64,000 nt of DNA from Anaerolineae bacterium (GTDB lineage Bacteria; Chloroflexota; Anaerolineae; Aggregatilineales; Phototrophicaceae). A program made the position numbers and the translations under genes. The stretch is taken from positions 131,617 to 195,616 of the forward strand of contig JAJEBY010000013.1 of assembly GCA_022822305.1 (NCBI GenBank), in the 5' to 3' direction. The notes under the pieces were generated by a model, which was not told the DNA's origin, ran no database searches, and saw only the letters and a list, made by a program, of their open reading frames with translations. This document shows positions 9,615 through 19,847 of the stretch, piece after piece; the stretch's first letter is position 1; each line of letters starts with the position of its first letter.

Positions 9615-10201
9615 ATGAAAAAGACCGACCGCCGAATCCAACGTACTTTACAGTCACTCACAGATGCCAAAATTTATTTGGTCCTTGAAACGGCTATGCG
9701 CAGCTTACAGTCAAAGCGATTGCAAAGCGCGCCAATATCAGCTATTCCACCTTCTTTAGGCACTCCAAGACCATTGAAAGACTTCCGGTGTACGTGCTTA
9801 GGATTGGCCTGGACAACAGTCTAGATTGCTTTACGGATGACAGGTCAGCGCAGGAAGAGGCCTTCGCCGCATTTCGCTACATCAGCAAGAATCCCCGGAT
9901 ATTTCAACTCTTCGCCAGGCTGCCGCGCGATCACCCGGGAATTGAAGAAGTCCGCGTGCATATGGCGGATACGATAAGAACATTTTTTGTTTCTCGCAAC
10001 GAAGATATCGTCCCGCTGGAAATCATTGCACACCACCACGCGACCGCGACAGTTGAGTTGTTTCGCTGGTGGATTGAAAATGATATGAAATACACTCCGC
10101 AAGCGATGGCCGTTATGCACTTTGAAATGATCGTCAAATCTTCGGGTTTGGTCTTAAGGGATTCCCCGCCAGTCGGCACACTCTGCGACGCCGATCGTTA
10201 G
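9615..10201 (+). pseudogene. TetR-family paralog interrupted by a 1-nt frameshift (or sequencing error) in an A-run at 9688-9690
   Basis: Frame 1 from ATG 9615 gives MKKTDRRIQRTLQSLTDAKIYLVLE. The HTH continues in another frame as NGYAQLTVKAIAKRANISYSTFFRH and joins ORF 9788..10201. That ORF's product (FRYISKNPRIFQL...PRDHP...ELFRWWIENDMKYTPQAMA) parallels the upstream TetR (FRYMSRNRGIFQL...PRDHP...EMFRWWLENDTRFTAEQMA). Confidence 0.6.
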
Positions 10202-11196
10202 TGCCGTCCAAGCATCAGTAGGATTGACGCTCCTGCGATGATGCCTGCCTGCGCGACCGCCGCCGCGACAAGCAGCCCGGGCAATGCCAGTTCTTCCAGA
10301 GTTTCGTCCGCTTCCGTCACAGCTTCCGGCGCCGGTGTTGGCGCGCCTCCAATTTGCAGATTTGCGGTCGGGGCAGGCAGCGATGCCGCAGCCGACGGCT
10401 CAGCTGTCGCTGCGCTCGCGACTGTTGCGCTGGCCGGCGCGCTGCTCGGCGTGGCTTCTGACGCGTCCGGGGTCGGCGTGAACGTGCCATCCTTGGGCGG
10501 CACCAGGAAGACGCTGCCGGGCTTCAGCAAGCGGATGTCATCCGCAGACATGCCGTTAATCTCGAGCATGTAGGGAATATCCTGCCAGGTATATCCATAG
10601 ATCAGGGCGATGTCGCCGATGGTGTCGCCGGTTTGGACTTCGTGCATGATATTGCCGGTTTCATCGAGGCCTACCACAAAGGACGGCGCGGCGCCTCCGG
10701 CAGCGTTGCCCGCCGCCGTCGACGCCGCTCCTGAACCCAGCAGGCGCCCGCTGGAGTTCCCGAAGACCAACACATAGGCCTTGCGACCATCGCTGCTGGC
10801 AGATGCAATGCCGATATTGTTGTAATAGGGACTGACGAGGCCAGCATAATGCGCCGGCGAGTTCAGCCAGAAATTCCAGGCCCGCTCGATATTGGCGTTG
10901 AGCCCGAAGAAGTAATTCTCGCTCACCCATGTCGAGCTGTATCCGGCCGCCGGCGCGCGCGCTCTTGGTCCGCTGCCATCTTCTTGATAGTGGCTTGATA
11001 TGCCCGTGCGCGCCAACCAGGTAGCGTGATTCATTGCCGCAGCATTCAGAGCAGTGTGGAGTGTATAGGCGTGCAGCCCCATCGATTGACGCAGTCGGTT
11101 GACGCGAGCCAACAGATCCGCCTGTACGCCTTGCGCGCGCAAGGTCATGATCAGCAGACCAGTCGTCAACAGCAGGAAAACCAAGCGACGTTTCAT
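10198..11196 (-). CDS. Secreted/anchored CAP (SCP/PR-1, YkwD-like) domain plus LysM domain protein with C-terminal TM helix
   Basis: CAP-like AMNHATWLARTGISSHY...WLNSPAHYAGLVSPYYNNIGIA; LysM HEVQTGDTIGDIALIYGYTWQDI...LKPGSVFLVP. Start set at ATG 11196 (MKRRLVFLLL signal). Confidence 0.8.
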   Translation of the reverse strand: MKRRLVFLLLTTGLLIMTLRAQGVQADLLARVNRLRQSMGLHAYTLHTALNAAAMNHATWLARTGISSHYQEDGSGPRARAPAAGYSSTWVSENYFFGLNANIERAWNFWLNSPAHYAGLVSPYYNNIGIASASSDGRKAYVLVFGNSSGRLLGSGAASTAAGNAAGGAAPSFVVGLDETGNIMHEVQTGDTIGDIALIYGYTWQDIPYMLEINGMSADDIRLLKPGSVFLVPPKDGTFTPTPDASEATPSSAPASATVASAATAEPSAAASLPAPTANLQIGGAPTPAPEAVTEADETLEELALPGLLVAAAVAQAGIIAGASILLMLGRH

Positions 11197-11339
11197 GACC
11201 CTTATTCTATCATTCAGCGTCGACAGCAGCATCTGACGGTTTCCCGCCGCTGACGCAGATAGCGGCAGCAATATTGTACTTGTTTAGGCATAGACCGAGT
11301 GCAATAATGGCAGCAACGGTCAGTTCATCCATTCTGGTC

Positions 11340-11798
11340 ATGAACGCTCACAATCCGCATATCCAACGCCTGAAGCAATCCGGCTGTCGGCTGACAAATG
11401 CGCGGCTGACGGTGTTGAGCGTGCTTGAAGCCGAACACGGGCATATCACCTCTGCCGATGTGCTGGACAAGGTGGCGCGCGTCAATCCCGCCATCGGTCG
11501 AGCCAGTGTCTTTCGCACACTCGATTTGTTCACTCAACTGGGCATCGTCCGGCCCACCTATATCGACACCAGCTCGACGCCAACATACGTCTTGATGGAC
11601 GGCGGCCATCATCATCATGTCATCTGCAGCGACTGCAATCGCGTCTTCGAATTTGATGATTGCGGCTTGGAAAGCCTGACCAGCAATCTCGAAGCGACCT
11701 TGAATGTTCAGATCAACGGACACTTGCTGGAATTCTACGGCCGCTGCGGAGATTGCCTGGCATTGGCAAGCGCGGACACAGGGGCAACCTCAACATGA
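11340..11798 (+). CDS. Fur-family metalloregulator (Fur/Zur/PerR type)
   Basis: [13 protein letters not shown]...ITSADVL...[16 protein letters not shown] winged helix; [10 protein letters not shown]...GRCGDC paired CxxC zinc site. The stop overlaps the next ATG as ATGA (11795-11798). Confidence 0.85.
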   Translation: MNAHNPHIQRLKQSGCRLTNARLTVLSVLEAEHGHITSADVLDKVARVNPAIGRASVFRTLDLFTQLGIVRPTYIDTSSTPTYVLMDGGHHHHVICSDCNRVFEFDDCGLESLTSNLEATLNVQINGHLLEFYGRCGDCLALASADTGATST

Positions 11799-13075
11799 CC
11801 GAAGTTGTCATCGCGAGCGCCGTCCGCACGCCAATCGGCAAGATCCGCGGCGCGCTATCCGCCCTGCGACCGGATGACCTGGCGGCCTTGGTCATCCGCG
11901 CGGCAGTAGAACGGGCAGGCGTCGACCCCAAGCTTATCGAAGAGGTCTATCTGGGTTGCGCCAATCAGGCGGGCGAAGACAATCGCAACGTGGCGCGCAT
12001 GGCGGCGCTGTTGGCGGGATTGCCGGAGCAGGTCGCGGCAGTCACCGTCAATCGCTTGTGCGCCAGCGGACTGAACGCGGTCAATCAAGCCGCGCGCGCC
12101 ATCAAAGCCGGCGAGGGCGACATATTCGTCGCGGGCGGCGTCGAGAGCATGACCCGCGCTCCGTATTCGATTCCCAAGAACGCCTTGGGATTCGGTCCCT
12201 CGGGCAATGTCACCGCTTGGGATACTACCCTCGGCTGGCGTTATCCCAATCCCAACTTGGCCGCGTTGTATCCACTGGAAGCGATGGGCGAGACTGCCGA
12301 GAACATCTACGAACTCAGCTGCGCCGGGGACATCGCGGGCGGAGAGATCAGCCGCGAGCAAGCCGATCGCTATGCCCTGCAGAGTCAAGCGCGCGCGGTG
12401 GACGCTATCAACCGCGGCTTTTTCCAGCGCGAGATCGTGCCAGTGGAAATCCCGCAGCGCAAAGGCGATCCGATAATCTTCGAGACCGATGAACATCCCT
12501 TTTTTCGCCAAACCGACGCCGGATACGAAGTGGCGACCAGTTTGGAGAAACTGGCGCAGCTGCGGCCGGCTTTCCGCGTCGACGGAACGGTCACTGCCGG
12601 CAACTCCAGCGGCCTGAATGACGGCGCCTGCGCCACAGTCTTGATGTCGGCGGAAAAAGCCGACGAGCTGGGCATTAGACCCATGGCTCGCTGGCTGGGA
12701 AGCGCGGCGGCCGGCGTTGATCCGCGACTGATGGGCTTGGGTCCGGTAGACGCTACGCGCAAGCTGCTGCGCCGCCAGGGATTGACCATCGCCGACATTG
12801 ACCTGGCCGAAATCAACGAGGCTTATGCCGTCCAGGCTCTTGCAGTGCTGCGCGAGCTTGGCTTGAGCGAAGCCGTCACCAACGTCAACGGCGGCGCTAT
12901 TGCCCTCGGGCATCCGCTGGGTTGTTCCGGCGCTCGCATCCTGACGACGCTGCTGCACGAGATGGCGCGGCGCGCTGAAGCCGGCGAAGGCATGCGCTAT
13001 GGCTTGGCGACTCTCTGCGTCGGGGTCGGTCAGGGTGAAGCGACGCTGATCGAATATCTGGGTTCGACGACATGA
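11795..13075 (+). CDS. Acetyl-CoA C-acetyltransferase (thiolase II)
   Basis: [16 protein letters not shown]..., active-site context [13 protein letters not shown]-terminal [18 protein letters not shown]. Confidence 0.9.
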   Translation: MTEVVIASAVRTPIGKIRGALSALRPDDLAALVIRAAVERAGVDPKLIEEVYLGCANQAGEDNRNVARMAALLAGLPEQVAAVTVNRLCASGLNAVNQAARAIKAGEGDIFVAGGVESMTRAPYSIPKNALGFGPSGNVTAWDTTLGWRYPNPNLAALYPLEAMGETAENIYELSCAGDIAGGEISREQADRYALQSQARAVDAINRGFFQREIVPVEIPQRKGDPIIFETDEHPFFRQTDAGYEVATSLEKLAQLRPAFRVDGTVTAGNSSGLNDGACATVLMSAEKADELGIRPMARWLGSAAAGVDPRLMGLGPVDATRKLLRRQGLTIADIDLAEINEAYAVQALAVLRELGLSEAVTNVNGGAIALGHPLGCSGARILTTLLHEMARRAEAGEGMRYGLATLCVGVGQGEATLIEYLGSTT

Positions 13076-14409
13076 AAACGGTCCGACGGCTGGACGCGCG
13101 CGACGCCGCGGCTTTAGTGCCGTCGGGCGCCGTGATGATGGTCGGCGGCTTCGGCATGACCGGCGCGCCGGCGCGCGTGCTGCATGCGCTGGCCGAAACC
13201 GATGTGCGGGATCTCACCTATATCGCCAACAATATCGGCGAACCCGGCCTCGGTGGCGGGCGTATGCTGCGCAACGGGCAGATCAAGAAAGCCATCGGCT
13301 CCTTTTTCACCAGCAATCCGGAAGCCGTGGAGGCGGCACAGACCGGCGCCATCGCATTCGAATTGATGCCACAAGGCTCATTGGCCGAGGCCATCCGCGC
13401 TGGAGGCGCCGGCATCGGCGGCTTCTATACGCCGACGGCGGCCGGTACCCTGCTGGCGGCCCGGGCGGAAACCAGAATCATCGACGGCGCGACGCAGGTA
13501 TTCGTACCCGCGCTGCGCGCCGATGTCGCCTTGGTCCGCGCTTGGCGCGCCGATAGCGCCGGCAACCTGATCTATCGCCGCACCGAGCAGAACTTCAACA
13601 AAGCGATGGCGACGGCAGCGGATCTGGTCATCGCCGAAGCGGAAACCATCGTGCCTGTCGGCCAGCTCGATCCCGATCAGATTCATACCAGCGGCAACTT
13701 CGTCGATGTGCTGGTGGAGGCGCAAACCACGCTGGAGGACCTCGGCAGCTCGGCTGACATACGCGCCGCGGACCAGCAAGTCGACGCGACCCGGCTGCGC
13801 ATCGCCCGCCGCGCCCTGGCGGAGCTGAAAACCAGCGATGTGGTCAATCTCGGCATTGGCATGCCCACGCTGGTCGCTAATTTGATCACGTCGGAGCACG
13901 GCATCATTTTGCACACCGAAAACGGTATGCTGGGCGTGGGGCCCGCGCCGGAACAGGGCGGCGCAATGGACTATCCGGTCAACGCCGGCAAGATTCCCGT
14001 CACGGCCTTGCCCGGCAGCAGCTACTTCGACAGCGCCGATTCTTTCGCCATGATCCGCGGCGGACATATCGATGTGGCGATCATGGGCGGCATGCAAGTG
14101 GATGAACGCGGCAATCTGGCGAATTGGGCGATTCCCGGCAGGCCGCTGCTCGGCGTGGGCGGCGCTATGGATCTGGCCAGCGGCGCGCGCCGCCTCATCA
14201 TTACGATGATGCATTGCAATCGCGATGGCAGCCCCAAAGTCGTGCCGCGCCTGACGCTGCCTGTGACGGCGAAGGGCGCTGTCAATCTCTTGATCACTGA
14301 TTTGGCAGTTTTCGCTTTCGAGGATGAAGCTATGCGGTTGGTCGAACTGATGCCGGGCGTATCGCTTGACGAGCTGCGACAAAAGACCGCCGCGACGTTC
14401 TCGATTTAG
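13072..14409 (+). CDS. 3-oxoacid (acetoacetate/succinyl-CoA) CoA-transferase, A and B subunits fused in one polypeptide
   Basis: A-subunit-like N half ([11 protein letters not shown]...[10 protein letters not shown]) and B-subunit-like C half (VNLGIGMPT...ENGMLG...GGAMDL). ATGA overlap with the thiolase stop (13072-13075). Confidence 0.85.
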   Translation: MKTVRRLDARDAAALVPSGAVMMVGGFGMTGAPARVLHALAETDVRDLTYIANNIGEPGLGGGRMLRNGQIKKAIGSFFTSNPEAVEAAQTGAIAFELMPQGSLAEAIRAGGAGIGGFYTPTAAGTLLAARAETRIIDGATQVFVPALRADVALVRAWRADSAGNLIYRRTEQNFNKAMATAADLVIAEAETIVPVGQLDPDQIHTSGNFVDVLVEAQTTLEDLGSSADIRAADQQVDATRLRIARRALAELKTSDVVNLGIGMPTLVANLITSEHGIILHTENGMLGVGPAPEQGGAMDYPVNAGKIPVTALPGSSYFDSADSFAMIRGGHIDVAIMGGMQVDERGNLANWAIPGRPLLGVGGAMDLASGARRLIITMMHCNRDGSPKVVPRLTLPVTAKGAVNLLITDLAVFAFEDEAMRLVELMPGVSLDELRQKTAATFSI

Positions 14410-14421
14410 TCCAAGAGCGAG

Positions 14422-15273
14422 TTACTGATAGCCGTCCGACGCGGCGTAGTTTTCGGTCATCTCGCGCCACTGCGCCATCAGCCGCTTCGAGTTTTCCCCC
14501 GGCGCGCCGCCGCCGATGGTCACATCATCCACCTGCACCACCGGGATGACTTCCTTGGTCGTTGAGGTGATAACTATTTCATCGGCGTCGTAGTATTCGG
14601 CCAGCGTGATATCGCGCAGCTCCAGTTGTCCCTCGGCTTCGATCAGCTTGATGACTTCGGCGCGCGTGATGCCCAGCAGCAGTTCGTCGGCGGGTGTGAT
14701 CCAGCGTCCGCCTTTGAAGATGAATGTATTGCTGCGAGTGCCTTCGACGACATTGCCGTTGACGCGATAGATGGCTTCGATCGATTCCGGATTGAGTTTG
14801 AGCGCTTGTTTCTGCGCGGTGATGCCGGGCAGGTAGTTGATCGATTTGATCTCGGGCAGATGACGCGACATCTCTACCGTCGCCACCGCCGCGCCGCTTT
14901 CATAATAGTGGGCCGCCATCGGCTTGACCGGCGTTACCATCACCAGCAAGCGCGAGTCGCCCGCCGGCAGGAAACCGTTGGGGCTGTCCCCGCCAGTGAC
15001 CAGAAGACGGATATTTGATTCCGCATATTCGTTGCGCCGCAGCGTCTCCATGACGATGTCGTGCAGCTCTTCAATGTCCCATGGGCAATCCAGTTCCAGC
15101 AGCGTGGCTGAACGGATCAGGCGGCGCAGATGCGCGCCCAGTTGAAATGGCTTGCCGCCATAGGTGCGCGTGAAATCGAAGATGCCATACCCGCGCAGCA
15201 AGGCAAGATCGCTGGCCGGCACGGACGCCTCCGCCGTCTCCACATATTCGCCATCCATGTAGTAGATGCCCAT
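14422..15273 (-). CDS. Class IV (branched-chain / D-amino-acid) aminotransferase
   Basis: LLRGYGIFDFTRTYGGKPFQLGAHLRRL..., EGTRSNTFIFKGG..., LLGITR. Start moved to ATG 15273 (MGIYYMDGEY). Confidence 0.85.
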   Translation of the reverse strand: MGIYYMDGEYVETAEASVPASDLALLRGYGIFDFTRTYGGKPFQLGAHLRRLIRSATLLELDCPWDIEELHDIVMETLRRNEYAESNIRLLVTGGDSPNGFLPAGDSRLLVMVTPVKPMAAHYYESGAAVATVEMSRHLPEIKSINYLPGITAQKQALKLNPESIEAIYRVNGNVVEGTRSNTFIFKGGRWITPADELLLGITRAEVIKLIEAEGQLELRDITLAEYYDADEIVITSTTKEVIPVVQVDDVTIGGGAPGENSKRLMAQWREMTENYAASDGYQ

Positions 15274-15443
15274 CGTTTTCGCCCCGCTGCTACTAAATTG
15301 CCGCCAATTATAACGAGCGCCGCGCGCCTTGTCATGCGATTGACGCCGCATATTCGACGTTGTACCGGTTCCGCTACCCTGCACTTTGCATGCCATCGAT
15401 TTCCGTTATGATTCTCGCATTGCAGGTCGCGGAAAACACTCAC

Positions 15444-16406
15444 ATGCGCGATGTGGTGGTGATTGGCGGCGGTCTCAGTGGCCTGGCTGCTTGTTACGAA
15501 TTGGAAAAGCGCGGAATCCCCTACACCCTGATTGAGGTCAAAGATCGATTGGGCGGTAGTATCCACTCGCGCGTCGACAAGGGCTTTGTCACGGACGGCT
15601 GCGCCTTCGCATTCGCGCCAATTGAAGACGCGGCGTTGCTGCGCTCGCTCGGGCTGCAGGGCGCGAGTTTCGACTTTGCGCCTGGCCACACGGGGTTTCG
15701 CGCTGGTTCCGGCGCGCTGGTCGATGCCATGTCGAGCAGGTTGACCGGCGGAAAACTACTGCGCATGGCTGTGAGTTCCATTGGACGCTGGAAAGGTCGC
15801 TATACCCTTTGCCTGGAAAACGGCATGGTGCTCGATGCGGGGGCGGTTATCGTTGCCGCGCCGGCTCGATATGCTCAGCGCATGCTCTATAATTTGGCGC
15901 CGGAAATCTCGTCACGGCTGCGCGACTATCAGTACGATAGTATTATCCGCGTCTCGCTCGGTTATCATAAAGATGACCTGCCGAATGCGCGTCCGAGACC
16001 CTTCAGCGCCATCTTCCCCTTTGTCTCCGCGACAGACGCCGACGGCCGCGTGCCGGACGGCGATCACATGCTGCTGCAAGTCGGCGCGCGCTCCCAAGCC
16101 GGCATTGATCCCGATCAGGTGCTGGCGGCGGTCGTCGATCATTATGGTGGGGGCAGAGATCCCGTGATGTGGCGGGTCGGTCATTGGGCGGAGGCCGATC
16201 CCTTGTCCTGTTACGATGATTGCCACTGTGAGAATATGGCTGCGATCCAAGCATCGCTTCCAGCCGGCCTCGGCTTGATCGGCAGCGACTATTGCCTGGA
16301 ACCGCCACAGCGCGCCGGAATCGCCCGGCTTGATGAACGCCTGCGCCAAGGACAAGACGCGGCTCGCAACGCCATTGTCTATCTGCGTGGAAAACAGCGG
16401 CGATGA
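15444..16406 (+). CDS. FAD-dependent oxidoreductase (protoporphyrinogen/amine-oxidase-like)
   Basis: Rossmann dinucleotide motif VVVIGGGLSGLAACYELEKRG...IEVKDRLGGSI. Shorter than canonical protoporphyrinogen oxidases. Confidence 0.6.
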   Translation: MRDVVVIGGGLSGLAACYELEKRGIPYTLIEVKDRLGGSIHSRVDKGFVTDGCAFAFAPIEDAALLRSLGLQGASFDFAPGHTGFRAGSGALVDAMSSRLTGGKLLRMAVSSIGRWKGRYTLCLENGMVLDAGAVIVAAPARYAQRMLYNLAPEISSRLRDYQYDSIIRVSLGYHKDDLPNARPRPFSAIFPFVSATDADGRVPDGDHMLLQVGARSQAGIDPDQVLAAVVDHYGGGRDPVMWRVGHWAEADPLSCYDDCHCENMAAIQASLPAGLGLIGSDYCLEPPQRAGIARLDERLRQGQDAARNAIVYLRGKQRR

Positions 16407-16843
16407 TGCGCAGACTGCGCGCGCTCATCACGGCGCTGAAGATAACATTGCGCGGCGAAAGCTTGACGCCGTCCCATCTGCGGCCGCTGGAAGATTGGAT
16501 AGACGAGGCTTTGAGGATACTTGATGAGACTTTGCGCGCTGCCGACGCGCGCGGGATCAAGGCATCCGCGCGGCGGACGATCGCGCTCGAGATTGATGGC
16601 AGGCCGACCGACCTGGAACTTGCCTTGCAGATGCTGCGCCACAACCTGGTAAACGAGTATCCGCGCTTGATGCGCCTGGATGACGCTAACGCCATGCTCG
16701 TCATTCACGCCAGCAATATGAATGACGAATATCGCTTGAGCCGGTTTCTCAGCGCGGACGTCAGCTTGACCCCGGAGTTGCAGCCGCTGCACGCGCATCT
16801 GCTGGCGCTGCCCGTGATAGAATTCTCGTCGACCGGCGACTGA
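16403..16843 (+). CDS. Hypothetical protein
   Basis: 146-aa ORF with an ATGA overlap with the upstream gene (16403-16406); no recognisable motif. Confidence 0.45.
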   Translation: MMRRLRALITALKITLRGESLTPSHLRPLEDWIDEALRILDETLRAADARGIKASARRTIALEIDGRPTDLELALQMLRHNLVNEYPRLMRLDDANAMLVIHASNMNDEYRLSRFLSADVSLTPELQPLHAHLLALPVIEFSSTGD

Positions 16844-16923
16844 ATCACCTGTCCTGTGGCGCTGCCATCCGCCATGATATACTAGCCTCACTTGACTAGA
16901 CTACAAGAGACCCAGGAACACCC

Positions 16924-18864
16924 ATGCCATTCTTGGCGCCCATCGCCTTTGCCGGGCTCGCCATTGCCATTCCGATTCTGCTGCTGTATATGCTGCGGCT
17001 GCGTCGGCGCGAGGTGCTGATATCGAGCACCTTTCTCTGGCGCCAAGTGGTGCAGGATACCGAAGCCAATACACCCTGGCAGCGGCTGCGGCGCAATCTG
17101 CTGCTCTTCCTGCAGTTGCTGATCTTGCTTGCGATGGTGCTTGCCTTGGCGCGCCCCTTCATCACTGTGCCCACGGTCAGCGCCGGCAAAATCGCCTTGC
17201 TGGTTGACGCCTCGGGCAGCATGCGCGCGACCGATCTCGACGGCGCTACGCGTTTCGAAGCCGCCATCGACGAAGCGCAGGGCATCGTCAACAATATGAA
17301 CCCGCAGGATATCATCGCGCTGATACGCGTCGGCGATGTCGCCGAGCCGCTGACATCTTACACCGACGACAAGGTGGAGCTGCGTCACGAATTGACCAAT
17401 ATGCGCGTCAGCCGGGGCCGCGCCGATTGGGATACCGCCTTGACGCTGGCTGCTGCCGGTGGCGCTGGCGCCGAGAATTTCAGCATCGTTATCATTTCGG
17501 ATGGCGGCGTCGGCGAGGCGCGCAGCTTGCCCGCCAATATCCCGCAGCCGATCTATCTGCCGGTCGGGCGCTCGTCGTCCAATGTCGCTATCACCGCGTT
17601 GGCGACGCGCGCGCTGGCCGGGCAACCTCCACAGTTGTTCGCTCAAGTGACCAACTATGGCGATGAACCGGCCGAAATCTCGCTGGTGATCCGCCTCGAT
17701 GATGTACTGCGTTTGTCGCGCAGCGGCACGGTCCCGCCCCGCAGTCAGTTGCCCATCCCCTTCGACGAGCCGATCGCGGAATCCTTTGAGACGCTTTCCG
17801 CCGCCTTGACCTTCGATAACGATGTCGAAGACTTCCTGGAGCTCGACAATCGCGCCTGGACCGTGCGCAGCGAGGCCAGCACCCGCCGCATCTATTATGT
17901 GTCGCAGGGCGGCAATCTGTTTTTGGAGCAAGCGCTGCGCAGCTTGCCCGGCGTACAGACCTTCCGCGGCGATCCTCAGAATCGCGGCTTGCCGGCAGAT
18001 CCATTCGACCTTTACGTATTCAGCGGCTGGCTGCCCAACAGCCTGCCCGATGGCGATATGCTGCTGATAAATCCGCCCCATACGACGTCGATATTCGCCG
18101 TCGGCGGGTCACAGGATGCCACAGATGATGTTGAAGTCATCGCAGGCGAATCGCCGATCACTGCCTTCGTCAACCTGGAAGAGATGAGCTTGTTGCAGTT
18201 TCGCGATATCCGGGCCGACTGGTCGCGGCCGCTGATTCGCGCAGCCGATGGCGACTTGCTGTTGGCCGGCGAGGTGAATGCGCGTCAGGTGGCGATCATG
18301 CCCTTTGACCTGCGCGACTCCAACTTGCCGCTCTTGATCGCCTGGCCGGTGCTGATGGCGAATCTGCTGGATTGGTTTTCGCCATCGGAAATCGTCTCGC
18401 TGCCCAATGGTTTGAGCGTCGGCGACGCGCTGGTGATTCAACTGCCGCTGCTCGCGGATAGCGTCCGCGTCACCGCCCCCGACGGCGCCGTGCACGACTT
18501 GCCGGCTAGTGATCAGACGCTGGTCTTCAGCGATACGCGCCAGCTCGGTTTGTACCAGCTGGAAATCCTGCAGGCGGGCGAGGTGACGCAACGGCAGCAG
18601 TTCGCGGTCAATCTCTTTGCCACGGGCGAAAGCGACATCGCCCCGGTCGCGGAAGGCGATCTGGCGCTGGGCGGGGGCATGGTCGAAGTCGATACGGACG
18701 AGCAATTGGGATTGCGTGAGTTTTGGACCCTGGCGGCGATATTGGCGCTGCTGCTGCTGTTGATCGAGTGGATCGTATACCATCGGCGGCTGCGAGTGCC
18801 GACCCTGCTGGGCAGCGGCGGATCTTCCGGCGGCCTTATTGCGCGTCTTCGCCGAATTGCTTGA
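16924..18864 (+). CDS. BatA-like membrane protein with N-terminal double-TM segment and von Willebrand factor A domain
   Basis: MPFLAPIAFAGLAIAIPILLLYMLRLRRRE... N-terminus; vWA MIDAS context LLVDASGSM; C-terminal TM helix. Confidence 0.8.
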   Translation: MPFLAPIAFAGLAIAIPILLLYMLRLRRREVLISSTFLWRQVVQDTEANTPWQRLRRNLLLFLQLLILLAMVLALARPFITVPTVSAGKIALLVDASGSMRATDLDGATRFEAAIDEAQGIVNNMNPQDIIALIRVGDVAEPLTSYTDDKVELRHELTNMRVSRGRADWDTALTLAAAGGAGAENFSIVIISDGGVGEARSLPANIPQPIYLPVGRSSSNVAITALATRALAGQPPQLFAQVTNYGDEPAEISLVIRLDDVLRLSRSGTVPPRSQLPIPFDEPIAESFETLSAALTFDNDVEDFLELDNRAWTVRSEASTRRIYYVSQGGNLFLEQALRSLPGVQTFRGDPQNRGLPADPFDLYVFSGWLPNSLPDGDMLLINPPHTTSIFAVGGSQDATDDVEVIAGESPITAFVNLEEMSLLQFRDIRADWSRPLIRAADGDLLLAGEVNARQVAIMPFDLRDSNLPLLIAWPVLMANLLDWFSPSEIVSLPNGLSVGDALVIQLPLLADSVRVTAPDGAVHDLPASDQTLVFSDTRQLGLYQLEILQAGEVTQRQQFAVNLFATGESDIAPVAEGDLALGGGMVEVDTDEQLGLREFWTLAAILALLLLLIEWIVYHRRLRVPTLLGSGGSSGGLIARLRRIA

Positions 18865-19762
18865 GTTTGATCACCGATTCGAACGACTTGACATCGCCGT
18901 CAAAGCGGACGTTTTGCAGGTAGACTTGGCTGATCGCAGTCATGGCCGCGAAGTGGCGATTTGTGTCCATCTCAACCAGCCTGCCCAGGATGACCGCGGG
19001 CCGAACCAGCGCCTGGTTGATGCCCGGAAATGCCTCGAGCTGCTTCGCGACCGAATAATGCGGATCGATCAGGATGGAGTCGCGCAGCGTCTCCAGTGTC
19101 TCGCTGCTGCTATCGGATTGGAGATAGGCGATATCGGCCAGCCAGTCTGCCGCGGTGGACTCCTCATCAATGCTTCGCGCCAGCGCGCGCCGGGCACGCG
19201 CGCCAGTAGCCGATGGCCAGGGAATGCGACCCGGCAACAGATACTGCGCAGCTGGCGAGCCGCCCAGGACCAGGGTGCCGTAGACAAATCGCTCACGCCG
19301 GACATGCCTCGATCTTTGTGCCTTGATCTCGCTGACGCCATGTACTGATGCATCATCGGGCAGCGTCTGCTCCAGACGCACGCCTTTTGCGCCAACGAAG
19401 AGCGTGAATGCCTGCCGATACACCGCGGCGGTGAGTATGTCGATCGTCGGCGGCGCCTGATTGTCCTCCGCCGCATGCACGCGCGCCATAGCCCGAACCG
19501 CATCATGCACGCGGCGACCTTGATAACCCGGCACATGACGCGCGGTCAATCGCGACAGGCCGCACCACATGTCCGATCCCACGCTGATAGGATGGGACTG
19601 CAGGCCGCGCGGAGACGGCGTATTGGCTTCAACCAGCCAGACTTCATCAAACTGAGCGCGGGCGCGATCAAACGCGGCGACCACCAGCACGCCGTCCACG
19701 TTGATGACTTGGTCATCGTAGCGTCCGGGATTATCCAGGATTTGAGCTATCGTGGCTTTCAT
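18836..19762 (-). CDS. Hypothetical protein
   Basis: Long ORF with coding-like composition and no motif I recognise. Start set at ATG 19762 (AGGA 8 nt upstream). The 3' end overlaps the convergent vWA gene by 29 nt. Confidence 0.5.
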   Translation of the reverse strand: MKATIAQILDNPGRYDDQVINVDGVLVVAAFDRARAQFDEVWLVEANTPSPRGLQSHPISVGSDMWCGLSRLTARHVPGYQGRRVHDAVRAMARVHAAEDNQAPPTIDILTAAVYRQAFTLFVGAKGVRLEQTLPDDASVHGVSEIKAQRSRHVRRERFVYGTLVLGGSPAAQYLLPGRIPWPSATGARARRALARSIDEESTAADWLADIAYLQSDSSSETLETLRDSILIDPHYSVAKQLEAFPGINQALVRPAVILGRLVEMDTNRHFAAMTAISQVYLQNVRFDGDVKSFESVIKLKQFGEDAQ

Positions 19763-19847
19763 CAGCCATCCTGCTGCGCGACCGACGAGCAAAAGGACGC
19801 GCTTTCGCGCCATTCGAGTACGCCGATTATATCAGCAAACGCCGCGC

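Noticed and set aside
9392-9670. 92-aa minus-strand ORF in the spacer between the TetR paralogs
   Set aside because: No motif and AT-rich. It overlaps the 5' end of the frameshifted TetR, so there is not enough evidence to call it coding.
11855-14382. Long minus-strand ORFs (11855..12958 and 13378..14382) antisense to the thiolase and CoA-transferase genes
   Set aside because: Arg/Ala-rich shadow ORFs; the plus-strand frames carry unmistakable enzyme motifs.
16888-18081. 397-aa minus-strand ORF antisense to the vWA/BatA-like gene
   Set aside because: Low-complexity shadow ORF with no motif.
18836-18864. 29-nt 3'-3' overlap of the convergent vWA gene and the hypothetical gene
   Set aside because: Could hint at antisense interference, but it is more simply explained by gene-end uncertainty in a compact genome. 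I saw no structure or motif in the overlap.
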